DNA from: an uncultured Chloroflexia bacterium | GTDB taxonomy: Bacteria > Chloroflexota > Anaerolineae > CG2-30-64-16 | Direction: 5' to 3' | Assembly (NCBI GenBank): GCA_963810095.1 | Contig: CAWEMM010000012.1 | Location: forward strand, 448,001 to 512,000 | DNA length: 64,000 bases | Part shown: positions 38,750-50,506 of the stretch, in pieces | Layout: each line of letters begins with the position of its first letter | How positions within the stretch are numbered: the stretch's first letter is position 1 | Program-made: the position numbers and the translations under genes | The notes under the pieces: model-generated | Seen by the model: the letters and a program-made list of their open reading frames with translations, nothing else | The model's database searches: none | What the model was told of the DNA's origin: nothing

Positions 38750-41121
38750 ATGAAGCAAATGCACCGCATGTTTTCGCGCGTTAGTTTAGTTACCGGCTTA
38801 ATGGTTTTCACGATGGTCGTCGCAGCCTGCGCGACCCTGCCCCCCATTACCGCCGGAACGCCGGCGGCTGCCCTCCCGACCTCGGAGTCCACAACGGGCG
38901 CCGCGGCCACCCCGACGGCCCCTGCTCCAGGCTCGCCGCTGCCCGGGTCCACCTCGGCCGTCGACAACGCGGTTCAGACCCTGGCGACGCAGTTGGGCAT
39001 TAAGGCGGAAGACGTCAAGGTCGTGTCGTCGGGCCAGGTCGATTGGCCGAACGGGTGCCTGGGCGTCCAGCGGCCCGGCATCATGTGTACCGACGCCATC
39101 GTGCCGGGCTACCAGGTGATGCTGGAAGTCGGCGGCAAGCAGTATGAGATGCGCACAGACCTGTCGGGGCAGGTGGTGGTGTTGGCGCCGGAAGGTGTGG
39201 GCATGGCCGCGCTTCCCGAAGCTGCGGTGCGAGCGCGCGAGCGGGCGGCCGTCGACCTGGGCCTCGAACTGGGCCTCGTCCGGATCGTTTCGGCCGAGCA
39301 AGTGCAATGGCCCGATGCCTGCCTGGGCGTGCCCGACCCGGCCGAGCTGTGTGCGCCCCAGGCGACGCCAGGGTACCGGGTGACGGTGGAGACAAACGAC
39401 ACGCAATACGTGTATCACACCGACGAAACCGGGCAGAACATCCGCCGCGAGCGACAGGCGCCGACCGCGAGCAACGTACCGCCCGCGGCGACGCGCGGCG
39501 CGTGACGCGGCCGCGAAGGAGCTGGGCGTCGCTGCCGACTCAGTCACCGTGGTCAGCGCCGAAGCGACTCAATGGCCCGACGCCTGCCTGGGTGTGGCCG
39601 GCCGCGGCGAGATGTGCGCCCAGGTCATCACGCCGGGATATGAAGTCGTTCTCGAGGCGAACGGTCAGCAGTACGTCTACCATACGAATGAAAGCGGCAG
39701 CGTGGTGCGCAGCGCCGGGCAGGCACCCACGCCGCGGGGGACATCTTCGGGGCAGAGCAGCGAGGCGATCGTCGGCCTGCGCAGCGACGTCAGCGGCTCG
39801 TGCGTGGATGTGCGCGTCGATCTCCAGGGCGTCAGCTTCGGCGCGTGCGGCAGCGAGATGACCGCAAGCGAATTCATGACGGGGACGTACCGTCTCGAGC
39901 AACTCATGGACATGCAGCGGACGTATGCGTCGTTCGGCGCCAGCACGCCGGCCGGCAAGGTGACCTTCGCCGGCAAGGGCACCATCGAGGCCAGCCCGAT
40001 CGAGCAGCGCATGGTTGCCGAGTGGGCCAACCTGGTCGGCCTGGAAACGCGTTCGGGCACCCGCATTGCGCTCTACGGTATGGAGTGGAGCCGTGAGGGC
40101 GGCATTGCCGGCTTCTGCGACAACGTGCGGATCGACTCGGGCGGGCACGCGACCTACACGACCTGCAAGCAGGCCGGCGACGCGGTCAGCTGCCGCGCCC
40201 GTGTGGACGCGGCTGACCAGCGACGAGTTGACGCAGTTCTACGGGTGGATGGACCAACTGGGCGCGGTGCAGGCCGAGCAGAAGGACCCGGCCGCGGCCG
40301 ACCAGATGACCGTGCGCGCGAGCTTTGCGGGACGGGGCACGGGCAAGGCCACCACGGCGGACCAGGATGCCATGCTGCAGTTCGGCGCGGCGCTGCTGCA
40401 GCAGTGGGCCAACGCCACGCCGGTGCGCTATCTCAGCTTGCTGACCGACGCCACCATGCGGAGCGGCCCGGGAGAGCAGTTCGACGCGCTCGAAAAGCTG
40501 GCGGCGGGCCAGCAGGCGCTCGTCACGGGCGTGAGCCAGGACAGCAAGTGGTGGCGGGTCGTCTGTGCCGATAATACGGTCGGCAATTGCTGGGTGACGG
40601 GCGACCCTGCGGTGAGCCAGCCCATCGCGCCCGCGGGCTCAACCGGGCTCCAGCCCGGCGCCGAGGGGCAAGCCGCGCTGGACGAGACGCAGGTGCTGGC
40701 AGCCGTCGTGCGCCAAATCTACACGAAGGACGACACGTTCGGCGGCAACTCGAAGCTGCCGCTCGTCTACCTGCTGTCGGTGGACGATGCAGACGGGAAC
40801 GCGATCCCCTATTCCAGCCCCGCCAGGGCGCTCCCTGCGCCGGTGCAACAGGGCGTGGTCGCGGCGCTCAGCGACTTGCCCACGCAGCTCAAGTGGGTGG
40901 CCAGCGCGGGCGAGGTCAAGCGCGACAAGAATAACGTCGTGGAAGGCAATGGGGCCATCATCACGCTCGGCAAAGTACAGCCCCAGCCCGACGGCACAGT
41001 CCGCGTCACCAGCAGCATCTACCTCGGGCCCATGGCTGCGGGCGGCCAAACGTACATCCTGGAGAACCAGGACGGTAAGTGGCAGGTGACGGGCACGATC
41101 GGCGCGCAGTGGATTAGCTGA
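38750..41121 (+). CDS. Large lipoprotein with three WPxxCLG-repeat domains and an SH3b-like domain; frameshifts near 39495 and 40195
   Basis: Lipobox VAAC; repeats WPNGCLG/WPDACLG...C....PGY.V......Y..[HR]T; MRSGPG...WWRV...CWV (SH3b-like); the three ORFs join end to end. Confidence 0.75.
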
Positions 41122-41271
41122 CCGGACCTAGACGGGTTCCACAAGCCTGGAGGCACGGACATCACAGAGGCCGGGCGCATGAAAGTGCGTCACGTCCTTT
41201 TGGGTCTTCGTGCCTTTTCTGGTTCCCGTGGTTATAATCCGGCGTACACCTTCATAAGGATCGGTGGTCTT

Positions 41272-42066
41272 ATGCCAACGCTGCCAGCCAACGGCATCAA
41301 CCTCTACTATGAGTCGCACGGGCCTCAAGACGGCGAAGTGCTCGTGCTCAACAACGGCATCCTCATGACCGCGGCCAACAGCTGGGGTTTTCAGACCCCC
41401 GTGCTCTCCCGCCGTTACCGGGTACTTCTGTATGACTGTCGGGGGCAGGGCCAGTCGGACCACCCCGAAGCACCATACTCGATGGAGCAGCACGCCGACG
41501 ACCTGGCAGCCTTGCTCGACGGCCTTGGGATTGAGCGAGCGCACATCGCGGGCATTTCGTACGGCGGTGAGGTTGCACAGGCCTTTGCGCTCGGCTACCC
41601 ACACCGCGTGCGCAGCCTCGTCCTGGCCGACACGGTCAGCGAGGTCGGGCTCGAGTTGCGTTACACGGCCCTCTCCTGGCTGAACTACGCGCAAGCCGGC
41701 GACCGGGAGGGCCTCTTCCTGGCGACGGCGCCCTGGAACTTCTCGGCCGGGTTCATCGCCGCGAATCAACAGGTGATGGAAGGTGCGCGCCTGCGCTATG
41801 GCACGCTCGACTACCCTGCAGTCGCCCGGCTATGTGAGGCATTCCTGGCCGTGGACTTCACCAGCCGCCTCGACGAGATCGACGCGCCCACTTGCATTCT
41901 CGTCGGAGAAGCAGACCGGCTGAAAGGGCGCTCCTATGCCGAGATCCTGCACCGCGGCATTCGGGGCAGCGAGCTTCACGTGCTCTGCGGCGCGGGCCAT
42001 GCAAGCTGCTGGGAAGCTGTGGCCGAGTTCAACACCGTCGTCCTCGGTTTTCTGGCAAAGCAGTGA
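41272..42066 (+). CDS. Alpha/beta hydrolase (enol-lactonase-like)
   Basis: YDCRGQGQS, GISYGG nucleophile elbow, GEAD, GAGH. Confidence 0.9.
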   Translation: MPTLPANGINLYYESHGPQDGEVLVLNNGILMTAANSWGFQTPVLSRRYRVLLYDCRGQGQSDHPEAPYSMEQHADDLAALLDGLGIERAHIAGISYGGEVAQAFALGYPHRVRSLVLADTVSEVGLELRYTALSWLNYAQAGDREGLFLATAPWNFSAGFIAANQQVMEGARLRYGTLDYPAVARLCEAFLAVDFTSRLDEIDAPTCILVGEADRLKGRSYAEILHRGIRGSELHVLCGAGHASCWEAVAEFNTVVLGFLAKQ

Positions 42067-42113
42067 ACGGCCGTTCGAGCTTTCAGGGGGCGCTTGAGAG
42101 CGGGGAAATCTCG

Positions 42114-42824
42114 ATGAAACAACAACTGGATCTGATCGCGTTCGATGCGGACGATACGCTGTGGCACAGCGAAAACCTTTACGCCGCGGCACAGGCCAGG
42201 TTCGCGCAGTTGATGGCCCCGTACGCGGACGAGGCCGCCGCTCTGGCCGCGCTGCACGAGACGGAAATGCGCAACCTTCAGCCGTACGGGTTCGGCGTTA
42301 AGGCCTTCGTGCTCTCGATGATCGAAGCCAGCATCCAACTCAGCGGAGGCGCGGCCGGCAGCACGATCTTCTCGACGCTGCTGGCAACGGGCAAGGACAT
42401 GCTGGCAGCCGAGGTTGAACTGCTGGACGGGGTGGAAGAGGCAATCCGTTCCCTCGCGGCCGCCTATCCGCTGATGGTCATTACGAAGGGCGACCTGGGC
42501 CACCAGGCGGCCAAGCTGGAGCGCTCGGGACTGGCGGACCATTTCCGTTATGTCGAGATCGTGGCGGACAAGAACCGCGAGGTCTACCTGAGCCTGTTCG
42601 CCAAGCACGGCATCGACCCGGCCCGGGTGCTGATGGTGGGGAACTCCCTCAAATCCGACGTCATCCCCGTCCTCGAGCTTGGCGGCTGGGGTGTGTTCGT
42701 GCCCTACACGATACTCTGGGCGCACGAGCATGCCGAACTTCCGCCTGCCCTGGCCCTGCGTTACCGTGAGATCGAACGCCTCGACCGGCTGCCCGAAATC
42801 TTGGAGCAGATCGAAGACGAATAG
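42114..42824 (+). CDS. HAD-family hydrolase
   Basis: FDADDTLW, ITKGD, MVGNSLKSD. Confidence 0.93.
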   Translation: MKQQLDLIAFDADDTLWHSENLYAAAQARFAQLMAPYADEAAALAALHETEMRNLQPYGFGVKAFVLSMIEASIQLSGGAAGSTIFSTLLATGKDMLAAEVELLDGVEEAIRSLAAAYPLMVITKGDLGHQAAKLERSGLADHFRYVEIVADKNREVYLSLFAKHGIDPARVLMVGNSLKSDVIPVLELGGWGVFVPYTILWAHEHAELPPALALRYREIERLDRLPEILEQIEDE

Positions 42825-42915
42825 GCGCAGATGACGCAGAGCAGGGCGAGAATGGCCGGATCGTCATTCCGAGGTTCCGTTGATCTGCCTGCTCCGCGTC
42901 GTCTGCGTCGGTTTC

Positions 42916-43848
42916 CTACCTCATCCCGGGCGGGATAAACTCTCGCATGCCTCCGACTTCTTCCAGCGGCTGGCGCGCCGCGGCGGCCTCGGGCTCGAAG
43001 ATATCGCGCGGCTGGGGTGCGGAAAGGTAGACGTCCATGGTCTCCTTCCCCGCCGCAAACAGCTCCTCGATGTGATCGAAGTCGTTGAACTCCAAGTCTG
43101 CCAGTGCATTGATTTGGACGTGGTGGAGCTCGATATTCGGGTCCGCGTCCGCGCGCTTGAGGTCCTGGTACAGCGACTGGACCAGGAACGTCTCCATGGT
43201 CCGCATGAAGATCGGGAAGAGCCCCTTGACGGGCGTCCCCGGCGCCTCGCCTGCGCCCAGGTTCATCGCGTAGATGATCTGTGCGCCCCGGTCCATTGCG
43301 ACCGCACAAGGCACTTCCGCCAAGACGCCGCCGTCCACCAGCTGCTTGCCCGCATACATCACCGGCGGCTGGAGCACCGGGATGACGCTGGATGCCATCA
43401 TGCCCTCGACAAGGGGCGCTTCGGGAAAGTCGCCAAAGACGAAGAGCTTGCGGCTGATCAGATCGACGGCGGTCAGGTAGCACGGCGCGGCGAGGTCGCC
43501 GAAGGTGCGGGCGTTGGGCGGCAGGTGATTCTGGATCAGCTTGCGCATGCCCTCGGTTGGAAACAGGCCGTCGTCGCCTTGCACCAGGCGGCCCGCGATC
43601 GTGAAGACGTTGCCCGGGTAGACGACGTCGCGGGTTGCGCTGCGCCAGGCGTCCTTGAGACAATCGATGTTGGCCAACGACGGGCCATGCGCTGCCAGAA
43701 AACCGGAATTGATGGCGCCGGCCGAAGTGCCGACAAACATGTCCGGCTCGATGCCGTGCTCGAGCAGGGACTGGAGCGCGCCGACGTGGAGCGGCCCACG
43801 GATTCCGCCCCCACTCATGACGAATGCGACCTTCTTTCCGTTTTGCAT
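42916..43848 (-). CDS. Patatin-like phospholipase
   Basis: SGGGIRG, GTSAG, DGG motifs. Confidence 0.93.
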   Translation of the reverse strand: MQNGKKVAFVMSGGGIRGPLHVGALQSLLEHGIEPDMFVGTSAGAINSGFLAAHGPSLANIDCLKDAWRSATRDVVYPGNVFTIAGRLVQGDDGLFPTEGMRKLIQNHLPPNARTFGDLAAPCYLTAVDLISRKLFVFGDFPEAPLVEGMMASSVIPVLQPPVMYAGKQLVDGGVLAEVPCAVAMDRGAQIIYAMNLGAGEAPGTPVKGLFPIFMRTMETFLVQSLYQDLKRADADPNIELHHVQINALADLEFNDFDHIEELFAAGKETMDVYLSAPQPRDIFEPEAAAARQPLEEVGGMREFIPPGMR

Positions 43849-44035
43849 CGGACCCTCCGGTTTCTGCCTGTGAACTGGCAGATGCTAGTGATCTCTGCGC
43901 CCTGGCTCGGCGCGGCCACTACCGCTAGTTTACCACTATTGCGCAAGCCCGGCACGAGACTGATCGGAGTTCGGATCATTGTATACAGACGCCATACCGC
44001 CCGTGCAGTAGGCTAATTCTACATAGAGGCTCATC

Positions 44036-44160
44036 CCCCGCTGCTGGACAACGAGGGATGAAATAGGACACTGATTGAGCCGATTCGACTGATTATCACG
44101 ATCTCTCGACCAAAGGACCGTGCATATCAGTTCAATCAGTTGCATCAGCGTCCTATTCCG
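44036..44160. repeat. MITE-like palindromic repeat, family B, copy 2
   Basis: Closely similar to 8047-8172, including the ctggacaacgaggga flank and the ttatcacgatctctc core. Confidence 0.85.
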
Positions 44161-44351
44161 GATGGGTCATGCTTATCAACGTCGTTGGCGGCGACTGGCG
44201 ACACGGGTACTACGGACGGGGCACTGCCGGTTACCGCCCGGTCAAGAGCGCTGACGGAGAGCGTAGATATCGCAGCAGAGATGCGGCGATGCCTACGCTC
44301 TCGTGCTATAGAGAACTGCTGTGAAACGTAGGACAAAGGAGCGGAGGAGTC

Positions 44352-44954
44352 ATGGCGAAGGGCCGAGCTACAGTACCGCCGGTAAAGCCGGCGCCGGCGA
44401 AATCCAAAGCGGGCGCGAAAGGTCGCAGCGGCTTGAGCCGGGCGCTCCCGTGGGTCATCGGGGGCGCGCTCGCGCTGGCCGCGATCGTCGGGCTGGCCTT
44501 CCTGGTGCAATCGAACACCGCACAGGCCAGCGCGCCGGGCGAGCGGATTGCGATCCAGGGCAACAATCACATCCAGCCGGGCACGCAGCACGCGGCCTAC
44601 AACTCTGATCCGCCTACGTCGGGCCCCCACTATCCCGAGCCGATCCCGGCGGGATACTACGACACGCCCCAAGCAGACGAGGCCGTGGTGCATAACCTGG
44701 AGCACGGCCACGTTTGGATCACGTATGACTGCACCAAGCTGACGAACTGCGATGCGGTGAAAACACAACTCCGCGCGCTCGTGCAGAGCTACAACCAGTG
44801 GAAAATCGTCGTCACGCCCCGCCAGAACAAGGACGCCGCGATCGGCGTCGCGGCCTGGGGCTGGCTGCTCAAGCTGAACAGCTACGACGAGACCAGCGTC
44901 CGCCGTTTCGTCGACGCGTGGCGCAACCGCGGTCCCGAGCAGACCATGGAGTAA
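44352..44954 (+). CDS. DUF3105-domain membrane-anchored protein
   Basis: YNSDPPTSGPHY, VHNLEHG.V.I.Y, AWG motifs; one TM helix. Confidence 0.85.
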   Translation: MAKGRATVPPVKPAPAKSKAGAKGRSGLSRALPWVIGGALALAAIVGLAFLVQSNTAQASAPGERIAIQGNNHIQPGTQHAAYNSDPPTSGPHYPEPIPAGYYDTPQADEAVVHNLEHGHVWITYDCTKLTNCDAVKTQLRALVQSYNQWKIVVTPRQNKDAAIGVAAWGWLLKLNSYDETSVRRFVDAWRNRGPEQTME

Positions 44955-45026
44955 CGCGGCGACTGCCACGAGTCAGACGAGTTGGACGATCGCCTTGCGG
45001 GTAAGCGGCGCGTCGGGCCAATTCGG

Positions 45027-46290
45027 TTAGTCCGTGGCGCCTTCGCCGGACCCTCGCCAGAAGAACGCCCAATACAGCACGACAGACACGGCGTACAACG
45101 CGATGGTCAGCATGAACGGAGGACCGAAGCCGTAGCGCACCTGGAGCCAACCGCTGATCATCGGCGAGAAGGCCCACCCGAAGTTCCACGACATCGCGAT
45201 CAAGCTGGCCACCGTCGCGCGGGCCGGCGCTGTCCACCCGCTCCATGACGAACGTCTGGTAGATGGGGCTGCTCATGTTCATCAGCGCGACCCGGACCAG
45301 GTAGGCCACCACGCTCAGCCAATACCACGGCGAGAAGCCCAGCAGCACCAGGAACGGGATCGACAGGGCCTGCGTGACGACCACGAGCTGAATCTTGCCC
45401 ATGCGCTCTGCCAGCGGCGGCGCGACGATGAGGCCCACGCCCATGGCCAACGAACCCCACGCGAAAAGCGCGCCGATGGCGGGGTCAGGCTGGCCGTACT
45501 GCTCACGGAAGAAGACGTTCATGAAGGGCATGATTAGACCGGCGCCGATCGACGTGATCAGGAGGGGTGCGATCATCTTGCCGAGCAGCACCGGATGTCG
45601 CTGCGCGTAGGATATAGGCGCGAACACCGAGCGCTGCGCTTTGGTAAGCTGGGGCATGCGCATAAGGGCCAGCGGCACCAGCGCCAGCGCTGCGACGCCG
45701 GCCATGATCAGGAGCGCCGCGCCGTACGCTTGCGGACTCATTGGGTCGACGCCCAGGATCTTCCCGGTCCACCCCGGCATCACACCCCCCAGCCAGTTCC
45801 CCACCGACTGCGCCGCCATCGCCAGGCCCATGCTGAAACTGAAGAGGTAAGTGCGCTCCTGTTCGCCGCTGTTCTCCATCATGAACGGGCTGCTCGTCAC
45901 CGCAGCAAGCGACTGGCTGACGCCGAAAAGCACGTTCGCCGCGTAGAGCATGGCGGGATTCGGCACAAGCACCATCAGCACGACTGAGCCCGCCGTGACC
46001 GCGCCCGAGATGATGAAGGACTTTTTGCGGCCGAGCAGGTCGGCCACGTAACCGATGGGGAGCGCGACGAGCAGCGCGCTGAAGTTGTTGACCGTCACGA
46101 GGTTGCCGAGAAGCGCCTGGTCGTACCCGCGTGACAGAACGAAGAAGTTGAAGATGAGGCGGAAAACGCCCGTCGCCAGGCCCGCGATCAGGACGTTCAG
46201 GAGATACAGACGGGCGTTGGGGCGGAAGAGACGGAGCCGCGCGCCATAGTCACGCGCAGAGCGCAAGACCCCTGTGGCCGCAGGTGACAT
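45027..46290 (-). CDS. MFS transporter (frameshift near 45225)
   Basis: GYVADLLGRK motif A; the C-terminus continues in ORF 45027-45212; TGCTATAAT extended -10 at 46342-46350. Confidence 0.88.
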
Positions 46291-46405
46291 GAGACAATTC
46301 CAGGCAAAAAAACTCCCGGCCAACACCGCCGGGGCACCAGTATTATAGCACGCCTGGCGGCGGCCAACCAACTCAGATCTATCCGACCATTGGCTCTTGC
46401 TGGAG

Positions 46406-46426
46406 GACGACTAAAGTCGTCACTAC
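46406..46426 (-). repeat. GTAG-type REP element
   Basis: Minus strand GTAG-T-GACGACT-TT-AGTCGTC: GTAG tetranucleotide followed by a short palindrome. Confidence 0.65.
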
Positions 46427-46615
46427 GCACAAGCTCACATGCGATTAGTGTAGCCCCAGCTCCCGCCCTGTCCGGGGTTTGTCGAACTAGACGCGGCATG
46501 GACTTGGTGGTATCGTCGGCTTGGTAACACCGGCCGCTGCCCGGGCTCGGACCCCGGCTTACACCTGTTCTCCGTTTTAATGCTGAATAGATCTCGCGCT
46601 CCATGAGGAGGCTCA

Positions 46616-49477
46616 ATGACCACGAACGATCCCGGTTCAAGCCCGATGTCCGTGCAGAATCCCCGCACCGAATATCTGGAAAACCCTCTTGGCATCGATG
46701 TCCGCCCGCGGAGCGGTCCACGTCTGAGCTGGCAGGTCGCCGCATGCTGTCCGGGTAGCACGACCGCCGGCCGCGGCATGATGCAGCTCGCCTACCAGGT
46801 GCAGGCCGCGCGCGACCCCGGCGCCTTGGCGGCCGGCGACCTCGTGTGGGACTCGGGCAGGGTGGCGAGCGGCGACATTTCCGCACGTTACGGTGGACCA
46901 CAGCCCGTCTCGCGCCAGCGCATTTACTGGCGCGTGCGAGCGTGGGACCAGGACCGCCGCGTCACCGAGTGGAGCGAGCCCGCCTGGTGGGAGACGGGCC
47001 TGCTGGAAGAGAGCGAATGGACCGCGGACTGGCTCGAAGTTGGCTGGGACGAGGACCCCAAAGCCTTCAAACCCTGCCCGTACTTCCGCCGGGCCTTCAG
47101 CGTCGACGGCCCGGTCAGCGTCGGCGCGGCTCTACATCACGAGCCACGGCCTCTACGAAGCCTGGCTGAACGGCGAACGGGTCGGCGACCAGCGCTTCAC
47201 ACCCGGGTACACTACCTACGACAAGCGCCTGCAGTACCAGGTCTACGACGTCACCGGAATGATCCACGCCGGCGGCAACGCGCTGGGCGCCATGCTCGGC
47301 GACGGCTGGTACCGCGGCAAGGTCTATGCGCCGAATGCGCGTAATGTGTACGGCGATCGCCTGGGCCTGCTCGCGCTCCTGATCCTGGAGACTGCCGGTG
47401 GGCAGACGGTGATGATCGGCACCGACGGCAGCTGGAAGTGCACGCACAGGACCGCTCCTCAAGTCCGACATGAAGGACGGCGAGGTTTACGACGCCCGGC
47501 TGGAAATGCCCGGTTGGTGTACCGCGGGCTACGACGACGCGGGCTGGAAACCGGTGCGGGTGGCGGCACACCCCAAGAACCACCTCGTCGCGTCGATGGG
47601 CGTGCCCGTCCGGCGGAAGGAAACGTTCACGCCCCAGGCCATCATCACGACGCCGAAGGGCGAGACCGTGATCGACTTCGGCCAGAACCTGGCCGGTGTG
47701 GTGCGCATTCGCGTGCAGGGGCCCCCAGGGACCACCGTTCACCTGATACACGGCGAGACGCTCGACGCTGACGGCAACTTCACGCAGGCCCACCTGTTCA
47801 TCCCACCCGCCCGGCCGGGCGTTGAACCGTTCCAGGAGGACTTCTACACCCTCAAGGGGGCCGCCGATGACGGCGGCCTGGCGGTCGAGGAGTACGAGCC
47901 CCGGTTCACCGTCCACGGCTTTCGTTATGTAAAACTAGAGGGCTACCCCGGCCGGCCGTCGCCCGACAACTTCCTTGCCACTCGCCATATACAGCGACAT
48001 GCCGCCCACGGGTGCGTTCACCTGCTCAGATCCGCTCCTCAACCAACTCCACCACAACGTCGAGTGGAGCATGAAGAGCAACTTCCTCGACCTGCCCACC
48101 GACTGCCCTCAGCGCGAGCGCGCCGGCTGGACCGGCGACGCGCAGATCTTCGCGCCCACCGGCCTCGTTCCTCATGGACACGCGCGCCTTCTTCCGCAAG
48201 TGGCTGGCCGATCTCGCCCTCGAGCAACGGGCTCGACGGTGCGGTAGGCAGCTTCATCCCGAACCCGATCCGCCTCGCGAAGGGCCGCAGTGCGACCTTC
48301 TTCAAAGGGCTGGACGGCTCGGCCGGCTGGGGCGATTGCCGCGGTCATCTTGCCCTGGGAGCTTTACCAGGCCTACGGCGACCTCGAGGTGCTCGAGCGG
48401 CAGTATGACAGTATGAAGAAATGGGTCGACTATCGTCCACGGCCGCGGCGACACGAACGAACCCGGCCAAGAAACTATCTCCCCGCTACTGGCGCGACTC
48501 TGCGCCATCGCGTCCGCCAGAGCCTGGTGGTGGACATGGGCTACCAATGGGGCGAATGGTTGGAGCCGGGCGGGGGCACTACGCTTGCCATGGGCCTCGG
48601 CATGGGGCGCCGCTTCCTGTTTGGCGAGCCGGTGGTCGCTACTGCCTACTTCGCTTACTCGGCCCGCCTCGTCGGCCAGATCGCGGGCCTGCTGGGCAAA
48701 GAAGACGACGGCGAGCGCTACCGCCGTCTGGCGGATGAGGTAAAGGCAGTATACGCAGCGGAGTTTATCGGCCGGGACGGCCGTATCGAGCCAGACCGGC
48801 AGGCGTCGTACGTGCGGGTGCTCGCACTCGACCTTGCGCCGGCGGCGCTCAAGCCCGCCATTGTCGAGCACCTGGTCCGGCTGGTGCGGGCGGCCGGCAA
48901 TCACATCGGCACCGGCTTCCTCTCGACGGTGTTCCTCTGCGATGTGCTGGCCGAGAACGGTCGCCTCGACGTGGCCTACGACCTCCTCATGCAGAAGACC
49001 ATCCCATCCTGGCTCTATCCGGTCACAAGGGGTGCGACCACCATCTGGGAGACGTGGGAGGGCATTGGCGAGGACGGTACGCCCCAGTTATCGCTCAATC
49101 ACTACAGCCCGGGCGCGGTCGCCAACTTCCTGCACCGGACGGTAGCCGGTATCCGGGCCGCGGAACCGGGTTACCGCTGTATCGACATCCGCCCGCGGCC
49201 CGGTGGCGGCCTGACAAGCGCAGCCGCGAGCTACGACTCCGCGTACGGCCTGGTCGCCTCGGCCTGGTCGATCGAGGACGGTCTCATGCGGGTCGCCGTG
49301 ACCGTCCCAGCCAACACCCGCGCAGCAGTCACATTGCCCCGCGCGGGGGCAGCCGCAGTTTACGAAGGCGGCCTCCCGCTCGGCGAGGCGCCCGGCATCC
49401 TGTCCCACATGCGGTCTGGCCCAGACACCGTCGTCGAGATCGGCTCCGGCGCCTACCGCTTCGAGTACGCAATTTAG
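46616..49477 (+). CDS. GH78 alpha-L-rhamnosidase, split by several frameshifts
   Basis: EYLENPLGID, VWDSG.V, DFGQNLAG, PRFTVHGFRYV, PTDCPQRERAGWTGDAQ, GATTIWE.W, SLNHY across consecutive ORFs. Confidence 0.9.
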
Positions 49478-49486
49478 AGGTGGGCC

Positions 49487-50323
49487 GTGCCTGATGGACA
49501 ACCGGCCACCCATTCTGCTTCCCAGCCACAGGAAGTCGCGCCCGCGGTCTACTGTCTGGAAGTCGGCAACGGGATGATGCGCTCGAATGTGTTCTTCGTG
49601 CGCTCCGGTGGGGCGTGGGTCTTGATCGATACGGGATCGGCCGGGTGCGACGGCGTAATCGGGCAGGCGGTCGCGTCCCTGTTCGGGACAGATACGCCAC
49701 CGGCGGCCATCCTGCTCACCCACGACCACCCCGACCATGCGGGTTCGGCGTTGGCATTGACCAGACGGTGGGGCTGCCCCGTGTATGTCCACCCGGACGA
49801 GCTGGCGCTCGTCACCATGGTCCCTGAAAACTACCTGGCGACCGTCAACCAGTATGCCAACCCGCTCGACCGCTGGGTCATCCTCCCGATCCTTCGCCTG
49901 CTTCCCGAGCGCAGGCGAGCGGCGATGCTGGCCGAGTCGAGTTTCAGGGACGCCGCGGCGGTGCTGGACCTCTACGGACCCGTCCCGCACCTTCCGGGCT
50001 GGACCTGCATTTCCACCCCGGGTCATACGCCGGGCCATGTTTCCTTCTTCCGCCCCGCGGACCGCGTCCTGATCACGGGTGATGCGGTCTTGACCATTCA
50101 GCTGAATTCCTTGTGGCGTTTCTTGCTGTCCGCTCTTGGGCGGGATAAGCGGGGAGTCTCGGGACCTCCGCGCCTCACCACTTGGGATTTGCGGGCCGCT
50201 CAGAAGTCGGTTGTCGCACTCGCAGGGCTTGAGCCTGACGTACTGGCATCCGGCCACGGGCTCCCTATGTGTGGCGGTGGGACCTCGGCTGCGTTGCAGG
50301 CTTTCGCAGACCGTTTTCGGTAG
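49487..50323 (+). CDS. MBL-fold metallo-hydrolase
   Basis: LIDTG, THDHPDH, TPGHTPGH, GDA, GHG. Confidence 0.9.
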   Translation: MPDGQPATHSASQPQEVAPAVYCLEVGNGMMRSNVFFVRSGGAWVLIDTGSAGCDGVIGQAVASLFGTDTPPAAILLTHDHPDHAGSALALTRRWGCPVYVHPDELALVTMVPENYLATVNQYANPLDRWVILPILRLLPERRRAAMLAESSFRDAAAVLDLYGPVPHLPGWTCISTPGHTPGHVSFFRPADRVLITGDAVLTIQLNSLWRFLLSALGRDKRGVSGPPRLTTWDLRAAQKSVVALAGLEPDVLASGHGLPMCGGGTSAALQAFADRFR

Positions 50324-50506
50324 CGCGTCACGCGATGCTTGATTGAGACGCTGGATGCCGGCCGCCGGAGCGGCGCCCGACAACGTCCGATTGGTTGGGG
50401 TGATCTGCCGCAGCGTGAGGCCGAAACGTTTGGGTTACCCGACTGGTGGGGACAGCGGGCGGATGCCCCTCCGCCGTCCCCACCGGTCGGGTGCGGCTTG
50501 TCAGGT

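Noticed and set aside
50328-50500. Possible small gene or ncRNA between the convergent MBL and methyltransferase genes
   Set aside because: No RBS-supported ORF with credible composition and no recognisable RNA structure.
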